A stretch of 64,000 nucleotides of DNA from a bacterium (GCA_963692865.2 OY843592.1:3296001-3360000); one strand, 5' to 3'. Numbered from the stretch's first letter, positions 10,191-19,793 are shown. Notes: generated by a model from the letters alone, not told the origin. Made by a program: numbers and translations.

Positions 10191-12086
10191 CTAAGCGGGA
10201 GGATAGCCAAGCCCGGCGAGCGCTTCGGTGATCTCGGGCAGGATGGCCGGATCGTCGATGGTGGCCGGCGTCTTGTATTCCTCGCCATCGGCGATGCTCG
10301 CCATCGTACCGCGCAGAATCTTGCCCGAGCGCGTCTTGGGCAGGCGATTCACAACCGTCGCCTGGCGGAAGGAGGCGACCGCGCCGATCTGCCGGCGAAC
10401 GAGTTGCACCACCTCGCCGACGATTTCTTCGTCGTTTCTATCGACGCCCGCCTTGAGAACCAGGAAGCCGAGGGGGAGTTGACCCTTGAGTTGATCCTTC
10501 ACGCCGATGACGGCGCACTCGGCCACGTCGGGATGGGCCGATAAAACCTCCTCCATCCCGCCCGTGGAGAGCCTGTGGCCCGCCACGTTGATGATGTCGT
10601 CTGTCCTCGACATCACGTAGACGTAGCCCTCCTCGTCCATGTATCCGGCGTCGCCCGTCTTGTAGAAGCCCGGGTATTCACTCAGGTAGGAGTCGATGAA
10701 GCGATCGTCCGCGTTCCAAAGCGTGGGCAGACACCCGGGCGGCAGGGGCAGACTGACGCACAGCGCGCCCATTTCTCCCGCGCCCACTTCGCGGCATTCG
10801 GGGTCCAAAACCTTGAAATCATAGCCGGGCACCGCCTTTGAGGGAGAACCGTACTTGACGGGCATGTGCTCGATGCCCATGGGATTCGCGAGCATCGGCC
10901 AGCCGGTCTCCGTCTGCCAGTAGTGGTCGATGACGGGAACCTTCAGGTGCTCCTCGGCCCACTGGATCGTGTCCGGGTCCGATCGCTCACCGGCCAGGAA
11001 AAGAATGCGGAAACGGCTGAGGTCGTAATTTTTCATGAGTTCGGCGTCGGGATCGTCCCGTTTGATCGCGCGGAACGCCGTGGGCGCGGTGAAGAAAACT
11101 TCCACGCCGTGCTCGGAGATGATGCGCCAGAAAACGCCCGCGTCGGGCGTGCCCACGGGCTTGCCCTCGAAGAGGATGGTGGTGCAGCCGTGAAGCAGCG
11201 GCGCGTACACGATATAGGAATGCCCCACCACCCAGCCGACGTCGGACGCGGCCCAGAACACTTGGCCCGGCGACACGTCGTACACGTTTTGCATCGACCA
11301 CTTGAGCGCCACCATGTGGCCTCCGTTGTCCCGCACCACGCCCTTGGGCTGGCCCGTCGTGCCCGAGGTATAGAGGACGTAGAGAGGGTCCGTAGCGGCT
11401 ACGGGCACGCAGTCCGCCGGGGCTGCGCCTTCGAGCGAATCGCTCCACTCGACGTCGCGGCCCTCGATGAGTTCCGCCTCGACCTGGGAGCGCTGCAAGA
11501 CAATGCATTTTTCCGGTTTCGTGGTGGATAAATTGATCGCCTCATCGAGCAGGGGCTTGTAGGCGATGACGCCCGAGGGTTCGACCCCGCACGAGGCGGA
11601 GATCATGAGTTTTGGTTTCGCGTCCTCGATGCGCGTGGCCAGTTCGTTGGGCGCGAAGCCCCCGAAAACGACCGAATGCACGGCGCCGATGCGCGCGCAG
11701 GCCAGCATGGCGACCGCGGCTTCGGGCACCATCGGCATGTAGATAATGACGCGATCACCCTTCTCCACACCCTGGGCCTTGAGGGCGCCCGCGAAATGCG
11801 CCACCTTGTGCTGCAATTCCCTGTAGGTGATCTTCCGGGTGGGCTCGCCCGTGATGGGCGTATCGTATATCAGGGCGAATTGATCCCCGCGGCCCTCCTC
11901 GACGTGCCTGTCGACCGCGTTGTAGCAGGTGTTGACCTCCCCCCCCGTGAACCAACGGTAGAAGGGAGGGTTCGAGTCGTGAAGCACCTTGTCCCACTTC
12001 TTGTACCAGTGGATATCTTGCGCCGCCTCCGCCCAGAAGGCTTCTCCATCCGAGAGAGAGCGCCCGTAAACTTCCGCATAGCCCAT
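10191..12086 (-). CDS. prpE: Propionyl-CoA synthetase
   Basis: YTSGTTGQPKGVVRDNGG, AGER, WQTETG, AGHRLSTG and LPKTRSGK motifs. Confidence 0.88.
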   Translation of the reverse strand: MGYAEVYGRSLSDGEAFWAEAAQDIHWYKKWDKVLHDSNPPFYRWFTGGEVNTCYNAVDRHVEEGRGDQFALIYDTPITGEPTRKITYRELQHKVAHFAGALKAQGVEKGDRVIIYMPMVPEAAVAMLACARIGAVHSVVFGGFAPNELATRIEDAKPKLMISASCGVEPSGVIAYKPLLDEAINLSTTKPEKCIVLQRSQVEAELIEGRDVEWSDSLEGAAPADCVPVAATDPLYVLYTSGTTGQPKGVVRDNGGHMVALKWSMQNVYDVSPGQVFWAASDVGWVVGHSYIVYAPLLHGCTTILFEGKPVGTPDAGVFWRIISEHGVEVFFTAPTAFRAIKRDDPDAELMKNYDLSRFRILFLAGERSDPDTIQWAEEHLKVPVIDHYWQTETGWPMLANPMGIEHMPVKYGSPSKAVPGYDFKVLDPECREVGAGEMGALCVSLPLPPGCLPTLWNADDRFIDSYLSEYPGFYKTGDAGYMDEEGYVYVMSRTDDIINVAGHRLSTGGMEEVLSAHPDVAECAVIGVKDQLKGQLPLGFLVLKAGVDRNDEEIVGEVVQLVRRQIGAVASFRQATVVNRLPKTRSGKILRGTMASIADGEEYKTPATIDDPAILPEITEALAGLGYPPA

Positions 12087-12238
12087 CCTTTTTCCTCCAA
12101 GCCGAAAACCCTTCGTTTTTCAGTCATATCATCGTATTTTTCTGTCATCCTTAAAAACGCATCATATCAAATTCCGCTTCTCTTTGCGCGGCCAGGATGC
12201 TAGGCTCGCTTTTCTCCTTCATAAGCACGGGATTCACC

Positions 12239-13498
12239 ATGGGCATGACCCTGACGGAAAAAATCATGGCCAGAGCCTCCGGCAGGGACGAGTTGCGGGC
12301 CGGGGAGATCGTCTACCCGGAGGCCGATCTGGCGACGATTCACGACCTCTACGTCGTGGAAGCCGACCGCCAACTCGCCGAACTCGGCGTGGAGCGCCCC
12401 TGGGACCCGGAGCGGGTGTTCGTATGCTTCGATCACGACACGATTCCCCAGACCGTCGCGGTCGCGAATCGCGCCAAGCAGATAAGGGAGATCGTGAAAC
12501 GCTGGGGCGTCAAGCACTTTTTCGGTCCCGGCCGCGGGCAGGGTCACGTGTTCCCGATGGAAATCGGCCTTATCAAACCCGGCGCATGCGTCCTCGCCTA
12601 TGACATTCACGTCACGAACTACGGCGCGGTGGGTTGTCTCGGCTTGGCGCTCGTCTTCGAGTTCCCCGCCGTGCTCGCCATGGGGAGTCACTGGCTCAAG
12701 GCGCCGGAGACGATACGAATCGATATAAGCGGAAAACTCCAGCCGGGTGTGGGAATCCGCGACGCCGCCGCGCGCATCATTCACGAGATCGGCCCCGACG
12801 CCGCCGATTACCGCGTCTTTGAATACACCGGAGGGGCCCTCACCCATCTGGGGGTCGATGCGCGGGTGAAACTCTGCAACCTGCCGATAGAGATCGGGGC
12901 GAAAAGCGCCATCGTTCCAGCCGATGAGGTCGTGGCCGAATGGATGCGCGAGAGAAACATCGAGGGATTCGAGGCGATGCAGAGCGACCTTGACGCCGTA
13001 TTCGCGGAAACATACGGGTTCGACCTCTCCGAAATGGAACCCACCGTAGCGCTTCCTCCGAGACCCGAGAACGTGGCCCCGCTTGGTGAGGCCCTGGGCG
13101 TCCCGATCCACGCGGCGTATCTGGGTTCATGCGCGGCGGATCAGTATGAGGACATGGCCGAAGCAGCCGGGATTCTGCGCGGGAAAAGGCTGGCGCCGGG
13201 CGTGCGGATGATCGTGACGCCCGGCAGTCGGGAGGTGCTCGCCCGCTGCGTCGAGGATGGATTGATGGACGTTTTCTGCGAAGCGGGCGCCATGGTGGGC
13301 CCGCCCGGGTGCGGCCCCTGCGCCATCGGCAGGGGAGGCCCCCTGGCGGACGGGGAAACCTGCATCGCCACGGTGACGCGAAACGACGTGGGGAGGATGG
13401 GGAGCCGGAAAGCCCGAATCTATCTCGCGAGTGCGGCTACGGTGGCGGCTTCCGCCGTGAGGGGCGAGATAGCAGACCCCAGGGAATTTCTGGCTTGA
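12239..13498 (+). CDS. Aconitase family / isopropylmalate isomerase large-subunit-like protein
   Basis: MTLTEKI N-terminus, FDH, three Fe-S Cys (GSC; PGCGPC) and YLASA. Several substrate motifs are non-canonical. Confidence 0.85.
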   Translation: MGMTLTEKIMARASGRDELRAGEIVYPEADLATIHDLYVVEADRQLAELGVERPWDPERVFVCFDHDTIPQTVAVANRAKQIREIVKRWGVKHFFGPGRGQGHVFPMEIGLIKPGACVLAYDIHVTNYGAVGCLGLALVFEFPAVLAMGSHWLKAPETIRIDISGKLQPGVGIRDAAARIIHEIGPDAADYRVFEYTGGALTHLGVDARVKLCNLPIEIGAKSAIVPADEVVAEWMRERNIEGFEAMQSDLDAVFAETYGFDLSEMEPTVALPPRPENVAPLGEALGVPIHAAYLGSCAADQYEDMAEAAGILRGKRLAPGVRMIVTPGSREVLARCVEDGLMDVFCEAGAMVGPPGCGPCAIGRGGPLADGETCIATVTRNDVGRMGSRKARIYLASAATVAASAVRGEIADPREFLA

Positions 13499-13508
13499 GG
13501 AACTCACC

Positions 13509-14036
13509 TTGAACTGGACGATGCAGGGGCGCTGCTGGAAATTCGGAGACAACCTCTCTCTCGACGACGACATTCTCGAATTCGCAAAGGTCTTCGTGGG
13601 GGGCGTGCGCGTATCGGACCCCGAATACCTGAAACAACACGTCTTCACGAATCTTATCCCCGATTTTCCCGAGCGCGCGGAACCGGGCGACATCGTGGTG
13701 GCGGGAAAGCGGTTTGGACAGGGGAATCCCCACATATACGGCCTGCTGGGCATGGCGGGCTTAGGGCTGGGCCTCATCGCGGAGAGCGTTCCCCATTTCA
13801 CCTACCGGATGATCGTGGCGGCGGGGCTGCCCGCGCTTCCTTTCTTCACCGGTATCGGGGCGCATGTGGAAGATGGAGACGAGTTGCGCGTCGATTTCGA
13901 ATCCGGAGAGGTCGAGAACCTGAGTCGTGGCGTGCACTGGAAGTCGGAGCCTCTGCCCGATGCGCTGAGAGAGATCATCGAAACTGGCGGATTTCTCCCT
14001 GCCCTCAAAAAACGCCTCAATGCCTCTCTTTCATAA
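13509..14036 (+). CDS. Aconitase family small subunit (LeuD-like)
   Basis: GRCWKFGDN, GDIVVAGKRFG and IIETGG; adjacent to the large subunit. Confidence 0.82.
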   Translation: MNWTMQGRCWKFGDNLSLDDDILEFAKVFVGGVRVSDPEYLKQHVFTNLIPDFPERAEPGDIVVAGKRFGQGNPHIYGLLGMAGLGLGLIAESVPHFTYRMIVAAGLPALPFFTGIGAHVEDGDELRVDFESGEVENLSRGVHWKSEPLPDALREIIETGGFLPALKKRLNASLS

Positions 14037-14132
14037 GGCGAGCAACTTAAAGAGCCTCCTGCAAATATCCCCTTACGCGACTCTGCTTCTCGGATGGGTT
14101 TTTGAGATTTTTCCCCCAGTCCAAAAATTTTT

Positions 14133-14141
14133 TGCTATAAT
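14133..14141 (+). promoter_or_regulatory. Candidate extended -10 promoter for the Rieske-cytb-octaheme operon
   Basis: TGCTATAAT, a perfect TGnTATAAT, in an AT-rich stretch about 55 nt upstream of the Rieske ATG. No clear -35. Confidence 0.5.
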
Positions 14142-14194
14142 TTTTGACGTGACGTTTCGCTTCAGCGCATGACTTTTCGCAGTGGGGGCAGGCG

Positions 14195-14650
14195 ATGGCG
14201 TCATCGGAAACAGAACCAGGACTTGAACGGCGAGGCTTCATCGCCACGCTGTGCATGGCCGGCGGCGTCATCGTAAGCTACGGCACGGCGGCCGTCTACG
14301 GACTGCGCTATCTCTTCGGGAGGCAGCTTCCCCCCCGCATGACGCAGGTGCTCGTCGGCTCTCTCAACGACATCCCCGACGGCGGCAGCATCCTCAGCCA
14401 GGATTTGAGCGGCAGGAAATTCCTGCTCGTGCGCGCGAATGATTCGGTGCGCGCGTTTTCGACCGCGTGCACGCACCTGGGATGCCAGGTGTATTGGCAG
14501 GGAGACAAAAAGGTTTTCTTTTGCCCTTGCCACAACGGTTTCTTCGACGCGGACGGAAAACCCACCGCGGGTCCCCCGCCGACTCCTCTCGCCCGGTACC
14601 CCGTGGAGGTGCGCGGGGCGAGCGTTTTCGTCACCATGCCCGAGGCCTGA
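14195..14650 (+). CDS. Rieske iron-sulfur subunit of a cytochrome bc-type complex
   Basis: Tat-like ERRGFI plus a TM segment; CTHLGC and CPCHNG boxes. Confidence 0.93.
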   Translation: MASSETEPGLERRGFIATLCMAGGVIVSYGTAAVYGLRYLFGRQLPPRMTQVLVGSLNDIPDGGSILSQDLSGRKFLLVRANDSVRAFSTACTHLGCQVYWQGDKKVFFCPCHNGFFDADGKPTAGPPPTPLARYPVEVRGASVFVTMPEA

Positions 14651-14653
14651 GCC

Positions 14654-15709
14654 ATGAACAGCCGCTTGCCGCATTGGGTGGAAGAACGGATTCCCTTCGA
14701 TTGGGACCACCTCAGACACATCACGAGCGAACCCATACCGCGCCACCTGAAAAAATGGTGGTTCTGCGTGGGCGGCACGCCGCTGTACCTGTTCTTCATC
14801 CAGATCGTCACAGGGATAGCCCTCACCTTCTACTACGTTCCCGAGCCGGGAAAGGCGTATGAATCGGTGCGCCACATCACCGAGGCCGTGCCCTTCGGCT
14901 GGTGGATTCGCGGGATACACCGATGGTCGGCGGAACTGATGGTGGTGACCGTCATCCTCCACATGATGCGGGTGTTCTTCACGGGCGCATACCGCAAGCC
15001 ACGCGAGATCAACTGGCTCATCGGCATGGGCCTCCTCATCACCGTGTTCACCTTCGGGTTCACGGGCTATTCCCTGATTTACAACCAGCTTTCCTACTGG
15101 GCGGCCGTGGTGGGCACGAACATCGCCGCGGCGGTGCCCGGCGTAGGGCCCTATCTGGCGGGCTTCATTCGCGGAGGTCCAGTCATCAGCGCGAACACGC
15201 TGACGCGCTTCTACGTGCTTCACATCGGAATCTTGCCGACCACCGCGTTCGCCCTGCTCGCCCTCCACATTTTCTTCATCCGCATCCACGGGGTGAGCGA
15301 GTTCATCGACCCCAAGGACGAGGAGGCGAAAAAAGACAGATTCTTCCCGTTTTTCCCGGACCATTTTCTGACCGAGGTGGCCCTGGGCGTTTTTCTCATC
15401 TTTCTGGTCAGCCAACTGGCCATCATCTTCCCCGCCCAGATGGGAGAGCCGGCGAACCCGGCGGTCACGCCCGAACACATCAAGCCGGAGTGGTATTTCT
15501 ACCCCGTTTTCCGCTGGCTGAAGCTGTTTTCCTTCGAGGCCGGCATCATCGGGGCGATTCTCGTCGTCATCCTCATGTTCGCCTGGCCGTGGGTGGACGC
15601 CGCCATCGAACGCCGCTGGCCCGGGCGTGACATCAGCGTGTACGCCGGCATCGTCGCCGTCGTAACGATGACGATTTTCCTCATCATCGAGGGTTTGTCG
15701 GGACACTAG
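14654..15709 (+). CDS. Cytochrome b (b6-type N-domain fused to subunit-IV-like domain)
   Basis: Four heme His (IHRW, LHMMR, VLHI, ALHI), Qo motif IKPEWYF and FCVGG (heme ci Cys position). Confidence 0.93.
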   Translation: MNSRLPHWVEERIPFDWDHLRHITSEPIPRHLKKWWFCVGGTPLYLFFIQIVTGIALTFYYVPEPGKAYESVRHITEAVPFGWWIRGIHRWSAELMVVTVILHMMRVFFTGAYRKPREINWLIGMGLLITVFTFGFTGYSLIYNQLSYWAAVVGTNIAAAVPGVGPYLAGFIRGGPVISANTLTRFYVLHIGILPTTAFALLALHIFFIRIHGVSEFIDPKDEEAKKDRFFPFFPDHFLTEVALGVFLIFLVSQLAIIFPAQMGEPANPAVTPEHIKPEWYFYPVFRWLKLFSFEAGIIGAILVVILMFAWPWVDAAIERRWPGRDISVYAGIVAVVTMTIFLIIEGLSGH

Positions 15710-15736
15710 ATTCGAGACGCCGGAAGGGAGGGAGCC

Positions 15737-17077
15737 ATGCAGCTGCAAGCCAAGCAATGGATAGTCGCTATCTTGAGTCTGTTCTTTCTCGGCTCCCTGA
15801 TCACCGTCGGCCTCATCGAGAGCGAGCGCCTCGTGCCCGAACGGGAGAAAAAAGCCGTCGTCACGGCCAAAAACGAAGGGTGCGTGAACTGCCACACGGA
15901 GAAATCGCCGGGCATCGTCGCCCAGTGGAAAGACAGCCGCCACGCGCAAATCGGCGTGGGCTGCCTGGACTGCCACGAAGCCGAGAAGGGCGACAAGGAC
16001 GCCTGGCAGCACGAGGGGTCCCTGGTGGCCGTCATCGTATCGCCCAAGGATTGCGCGAAGTGCCACGTCCAGCAAGCGGAGGAGTTCACGGCCAGCCACC
16101 ACGCCAAGGCGGCGCAGTTCATCGGCAGCCTGGACAACTTCCTGGGCGTCGTCGTCGAGGGCGTGCCGGCGGCGGTGGGCGGATGCCAGAAATGCCACGG
16201 CTCCACCGTGAAGGTGCTCGCGAACGGGAGGCTCGACCCCGCCACCTGGCCCAACACGGGCATGGGGCGCATCAACCCCGACGGCAGCAACGGCGCTTGC
16301 TCGGCCTGCCATGCGCGCCACCAGTTCTCTCCCGCGCAGTCGCGGCGGCCCGAGAACTGCGGAAAATGCCACATGGGGCCGGATCACCCCCAAATCGAGA
16401 TATACGAGGAATCCAAGCACGGAATCGTCTTCCACGCGCGCGAGAAGGAGATGAACCTCGACAGCAAGAGCTGGGTGGTCGGCAAGGACTACACGGCGGC
16501 GCCCACCTGCGCGACCTGCCACATGAGCGCGGCGCCGAAGCTGCCGACCACGCACGACGTAGGCAAGCGCATCAGCTGGACGCTCAGGCCCGTCATCTCC
16601 AAGAAACTCGAGAACTGGGAGCAGAAACGCGACGACATGAAGAAGGTGTGCGTCGCCTGCCACGCGCCCTCGTTCGTGAACGCCTTCTACACGCAATACG
16701 ACAACGTTATCGACCTGTATAACGAGAAATTCGCGCATCCGGCGCAGAACATCATGAACGAGCTCAGAAAACAGAAGAAGCTCACCTCGGCGCCGTTTGA
16801 CGAGAAGATCGAGTGGACCTTCTTCGAGCTGTGGCACCACGAGGGCCGACGCGCGCGGATGGGCGCGTCCATGCAGGGGCCCGACTTCACGCAGTGGCAC
16901 GGGTTCTACGAAGTCGCCAAGCACTTTTATTTCAAGTTCTTACCCGAAGCCGAGGAGCTCCTCCCCGGCGTGAGCGAGCAATTCGTCACGGGCAGGCACC
17001 ACGCCTGGCGCAAGGGCATGAGCAAGGCGCAGATCCAGCAGATGCTCGACTTTTACGAAACGCGGTACGGGAAGTAA
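15737..17077 (+). CDS. Membrane-anchored octaheme cytochrome c, hydroxylamine oxidoreductase (HAO) family
   Basis: Eight CxxCH motifs (CVNCH, CLDCH, CAKCH, CQKCH, CSACH, CGKCH, CATCH, CVACH), HMGPDHPQIEIYEESKHG, APTCATCHM and an N-terminal hydrophobic helix. Confidence 0.9.
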   Translation: MQLQAKQWIVAILSLFFLGSLITVGLIESERLVPEREKKAVVTAKNEGCVNCHTEKSPGIVAQWKDSRHAQIGVGCLDCHEAEKGDKDAWQHEGSLVAVIVSPKDCAKCHVQQAEEFTASHHAKAAQFIGSLDNFLGVVVEGVPAAVGGCQKCHGSTVKVLANGRLDPATWPNTGMGRINPDGSNGACSACHARHQFSPAQSRRPENCGKCHMGPDHPQIEIYEESKHGIVFHAREKEMNLDSKSWVVGKDYTAAPTCATCHMSAAPKLPTTHDVGKRISWTLRPVISKKLENWEQKRDDMKKVCVACHAPSFVNAFYTQYDNVIDLYNEKFAHPAQNIMNELRKQKKLTSAPFDEKIEWTFFELWHHEGRRARMGASMQGPDFTQWHGFYEVAKHFYFKFLPEAEELLPGVSEQFVTGRHHAWRKGMSKAQIQQMLDFYETRYGK

Positions 17078-17509
17078 AAACAACGGGATAAGAACGATAA
17101 CCTCGTCTTTTTCTTTCCTGTTCGGGGCGCATTTGCCCGCATTTGCAATGCCCGCGAGGGGGCCGAGATACGCTATGGTGCGTCCGCGCGGGAAATCGTT
17201 ACGCGGCGGTTTTCCTTCCATTTATTTATCGAAAAACATCGTGAATTTATCTGAATTTATACATATTTATTCGATATTTATCGAATTATCCGGGAGCCTG
17301 AAGATTCCGCGCCGTTTCCACCTTCTCTCGAACCGCTCGAAACGGATGCTCCCCCGGCGCGCGGGCATCCGGCGAAACGCCACGGAACGACCCTTCCCGC
17401 CCCGGCTCCTTCCCTCTAAAAAAACTACCCTTGCCCGTTGCGCTATGCTAACTTGCTTTTCCGGGCAGCCGGTTGTATTCGAACATCCCGTTCAGGGAGG
17501 AATTAAGCC

Positions 17510-18240
17510 ATGAGCAGCCATCCTTTCGACAACTAGTTCCACGTCACCCCCGAGCACAAGGAGCAATTCCGGCGCGACGGCTTCGTCAAGCTCGAAGGGT
17601 TCTACAACCCTGAAGTGGTCGAGGCGCTGCTTGCGCGCGTCGAAGCCGAAATGGACCGGGGGGTGGCCGGCGGTATAACGGGCGATGAAATGTTCAACCG
17701 GGCGAAGTATGACTTCGCAGGCGAAAGAACGGAAGTCTATGAACTGCTGGAGCGGCCTTACCTGCGAACGGCGCTTACGGATCTGGTCGAATGCGACCTC
17801 TTTCTGACCTTCGAGCAGTGCTTTGAAGTCGAAAAGAACGTCAGCAAGGGATTCCCCTGGCACGTCGGCGCGCAGAGCTTCGGCTTTCAACCCGCTGAGG
17901 AATTCGCGTGCACGCTGTGGGCGCCGCTGCATCCCGTGGACACGAAGGGCCAGCGGGGCGGGATGGCTTATGTCCCCGACCGCGTCATATCGGGCGATTT
18001 CATCTTCCGCCAGATCGAGCCGGCGGTCGTCTCCACGCTGGAGGCCAAGGAGCAAGCCGGCGTCAGGACGAACGTAGATGAATACTTCGCCATGCGTTCG
18101 GGGATCCTCAATTCGCCGACCATGTGCGAGATACTCGAGAACCACCAGGTCGAAGACGATTTCAAGCCCGGCGACGCGCTCCTGTTCAACAAAATGGTCG
18201 TCCACCGGAGCATAATGCTCGGCGAGGGCGCGCTTCCCAG
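17510..18240 (+). pseudogene. Phytanoyl-CoA dioxygenase-like (2OG-Fe(II)) gene with an in-frame TAG and a disrupted 3' end
   Basis: RBS AGGGAGG, ATG 17510, TAG at 17534-17536, then in-frame EHKEQFRRDGFVKL...WHVG...LWAPL...PGDALLF...VHRS. The C-terminus runs into repeat-derived sequence. Confidence 0.7.
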
Positions 18241-18343
18241 GCTGTTTGAAGATCGCCCGCGCAAACGCGTGAGGGCGCGCGCCGCAGGCCCGGGCGGGCG
18301 CAACTGCGATGAGCTTCCGAGCGGATTCCCGCACCCCCTTGAG

Positions 18344-18536
18344 GGGGTTGTTCAAAAAGCCCCCTCCGCCTCACCCTGAGTAGCGGCGAAGCCGCGTATC
18401 GAAGGGCGAAATTCGCGTCCCGCCGGTTGGATGCGTTCCCCCATCCTTCGATACGGCGCTTGCGCGCCTACTCGGGATGAGGAAAGAGGCGTCGGCGGTT
18501 TGCGGGGATCGAAGACGGGGGTTTTTCAACAGCCCC
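18344..18536. mobile_element. MITE-like element carrying a GAGTAG-hairpin-GTATCGAAGG inverted pair
   Basis: GGGGTTGTTCAAAAA ... TTTTTCAACAGCCCC. Internal CTGAGTAGCGGCGAAGCCGCGTATCGAAGG and inverted CCTTCGATACGGCGCTTGCGCGCCTACTC. An extra right end lies at 18577-18591. Confidence 0.75.
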
Positions 18537-18714
18537 TGACAAGGGAGGTCGGGAGGGTTGCTCTCTTGACAAAGGCTTTTTCAACAAGCCCGTATGCGGC
18601 CCCTGCGGGAGAATCCAGACACCCAAGCGACGATCCAAAAAGGCGCCGGGCGTGATAAGGTGAGACCATCGAAACCCGAGAAAAATCCGTGAACACCCAC
18701 CCGGAGAACGCCAC

Positions 18715-19743
18715 ATGAACGAGATGGACGAATTCGAATTTTTTCTGGAGAAACCCTGGTCGGACGGCCTCCCCGTGGTGACGCCCACCGAAGAGCGCGT
18801 CGAGCGCATGCTGGCGGGAACGTCGAGATCGCCCGACGAGGCCGTGACCCCCGTTCCCCCTCTGGACGAGGTCGCCACCGTTCGAGACATCGCCGCCCAC
18901 GCCGTCATGGCCGGATGCAAACCCGAGTACCTCCCCGTCGTCATCGCGGCTCTGGAACTCATCGTGGAGGAGCCGCTCAACCTGCGCGGCGTGCAGGCCA
19001 CCATGCACAGCGTCGCGCCCCTCCTCATCCTGAACGGCCCATATGCGAAGAAGATAGGCGTCACGGGCGGGCAGGGATGCTTCGGCCCCGGCTTTCGGGC
19101 GAACGCCACCATCGGCCGCGCCGTCCGCCTGCTTCTGCTCAACCTGGGCGGCGGAATCGCGCGCGTCGCGTGCATGAGCATCTACAGCCAGCCCTCGCGC
19201 TTCACGTTCTGCGTCGCGGAGAACGAGGAGGAAAGCCCCTGGGAGTCGCTCGCCGCATCGCGCGGCTATGGTGAAGATGAAGACGTGATCACCGCCGTCA
19301 TGGTGGAAAACCCCCACATCGTCTTCAACGACGTGGACCGCGACCCCGAGCGCCTGCTCGTCTCCCACATGGACAACATGGCGGCGATGGGTTCGTGGCC
19401 CATCTGGGTGAGGTCGGACACCGTGCTCGTCCTCTCCCCCGAGCACGCGCGCCTGTGCGCGGGAGCCGGCTTCTCGCGCGCGGACGTGCACGCGTACGTC
19501 TCGGAGAACGCGGGGCGCAGGGTGGGCGAACTCAAGCGCGGCGGCCCCTGGCGGGAGGACAAGCCGAACGGGCGGTGGGAGTACCCGGTGGACAGGGAGG
19601 ATGACGACTTCTTCATCCGCGTCGTGAACGAACCCGAAGACCTGCACCTCATCGTCGCGGGCGGCGAGGGGCCCCTCGGCGCGGTGATGCCCGGCTGGAA
19701 CGGCGCCAGCCGCGCCGTGCACCGGGCGTACGAGGCGACGTGA
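18715..19743 (+). CDS. Conserved hypothetical protein of the WxDGLPxxxPT family (usually found beside or fused to UGSC-type (seleno)proteins)
   Basis: WSDGLPVVTPTEERVERML, AVMAGCKPEYLPVV, RANATIGRAVRL and AENEEESPW motifs. Confidence 0.7.
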   Translation: MNEMDEFEFFLEKPWSDGLPVVTPTEERVERMLAGTSRSPDEAVTPVPPLDEVATVRDIAAHAVMAGCKPEYLPVVIAALELIVEEPLNLRGVQATMHSVAPLLILNGPYAKKIGVTGGQGCFGPGFRANATIGRAVRLLLLNLGGGIARVACMSIYSQPSRFTFCVAENEEESPWESLAASRGYGEDEDVITAVMVENPHIVFNDVDRDPERLLVSHMDNMAAMGSWPIWVRSDTVLVLSPEHARLCAGAGFSRADVHAYVSENAGRRVGELKRGGPWREDKPNGRWEYPVDREDDDFFIRVVNEPEDLHLIVAGGEGPLGAVMPGWNGASRAVHRAYEAT

Positions 19744-19793
19744 TGATCCGGTAAGGGCCGCATAAATACGGTATGGACCCACTCCTCCCCCGA

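Noticed and set aside
14201-16924. 907-aa minus-strand ORF and other long antisense ORFs (e.g. 39404-41584, 38014-39975, 51422-53098)
   Set aside because: Shadow ORFs of high-GC genes on the opposite strand or another frame; they carry no recognisable motifs.
15737-17077. Evidence for ammonia oxidation or anammox from the HAO-like gene
   Set aside because: No amo, cycA/cycB or hzs genes here, and the cross-linking Tyr appears absent. HAO-family octahemes are widespread in non-nitrifiers.
17534-17536. Pyrrolysine or amber read-through in the PhyH-like gene
   Set aside because: The TAG is at a non-catalytic N-terminal position, the gene is also damaged at its 3' end and no pyl genes are visible. 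A nonsense mutation or sequencing error is simpler.
19741-19746. TGA at the end of the WxDGLP gene as a second Sec codon
   Set aside because: It is a tandem TGA-TGA with no redox motif or coding continuation, so an ordinary stop.
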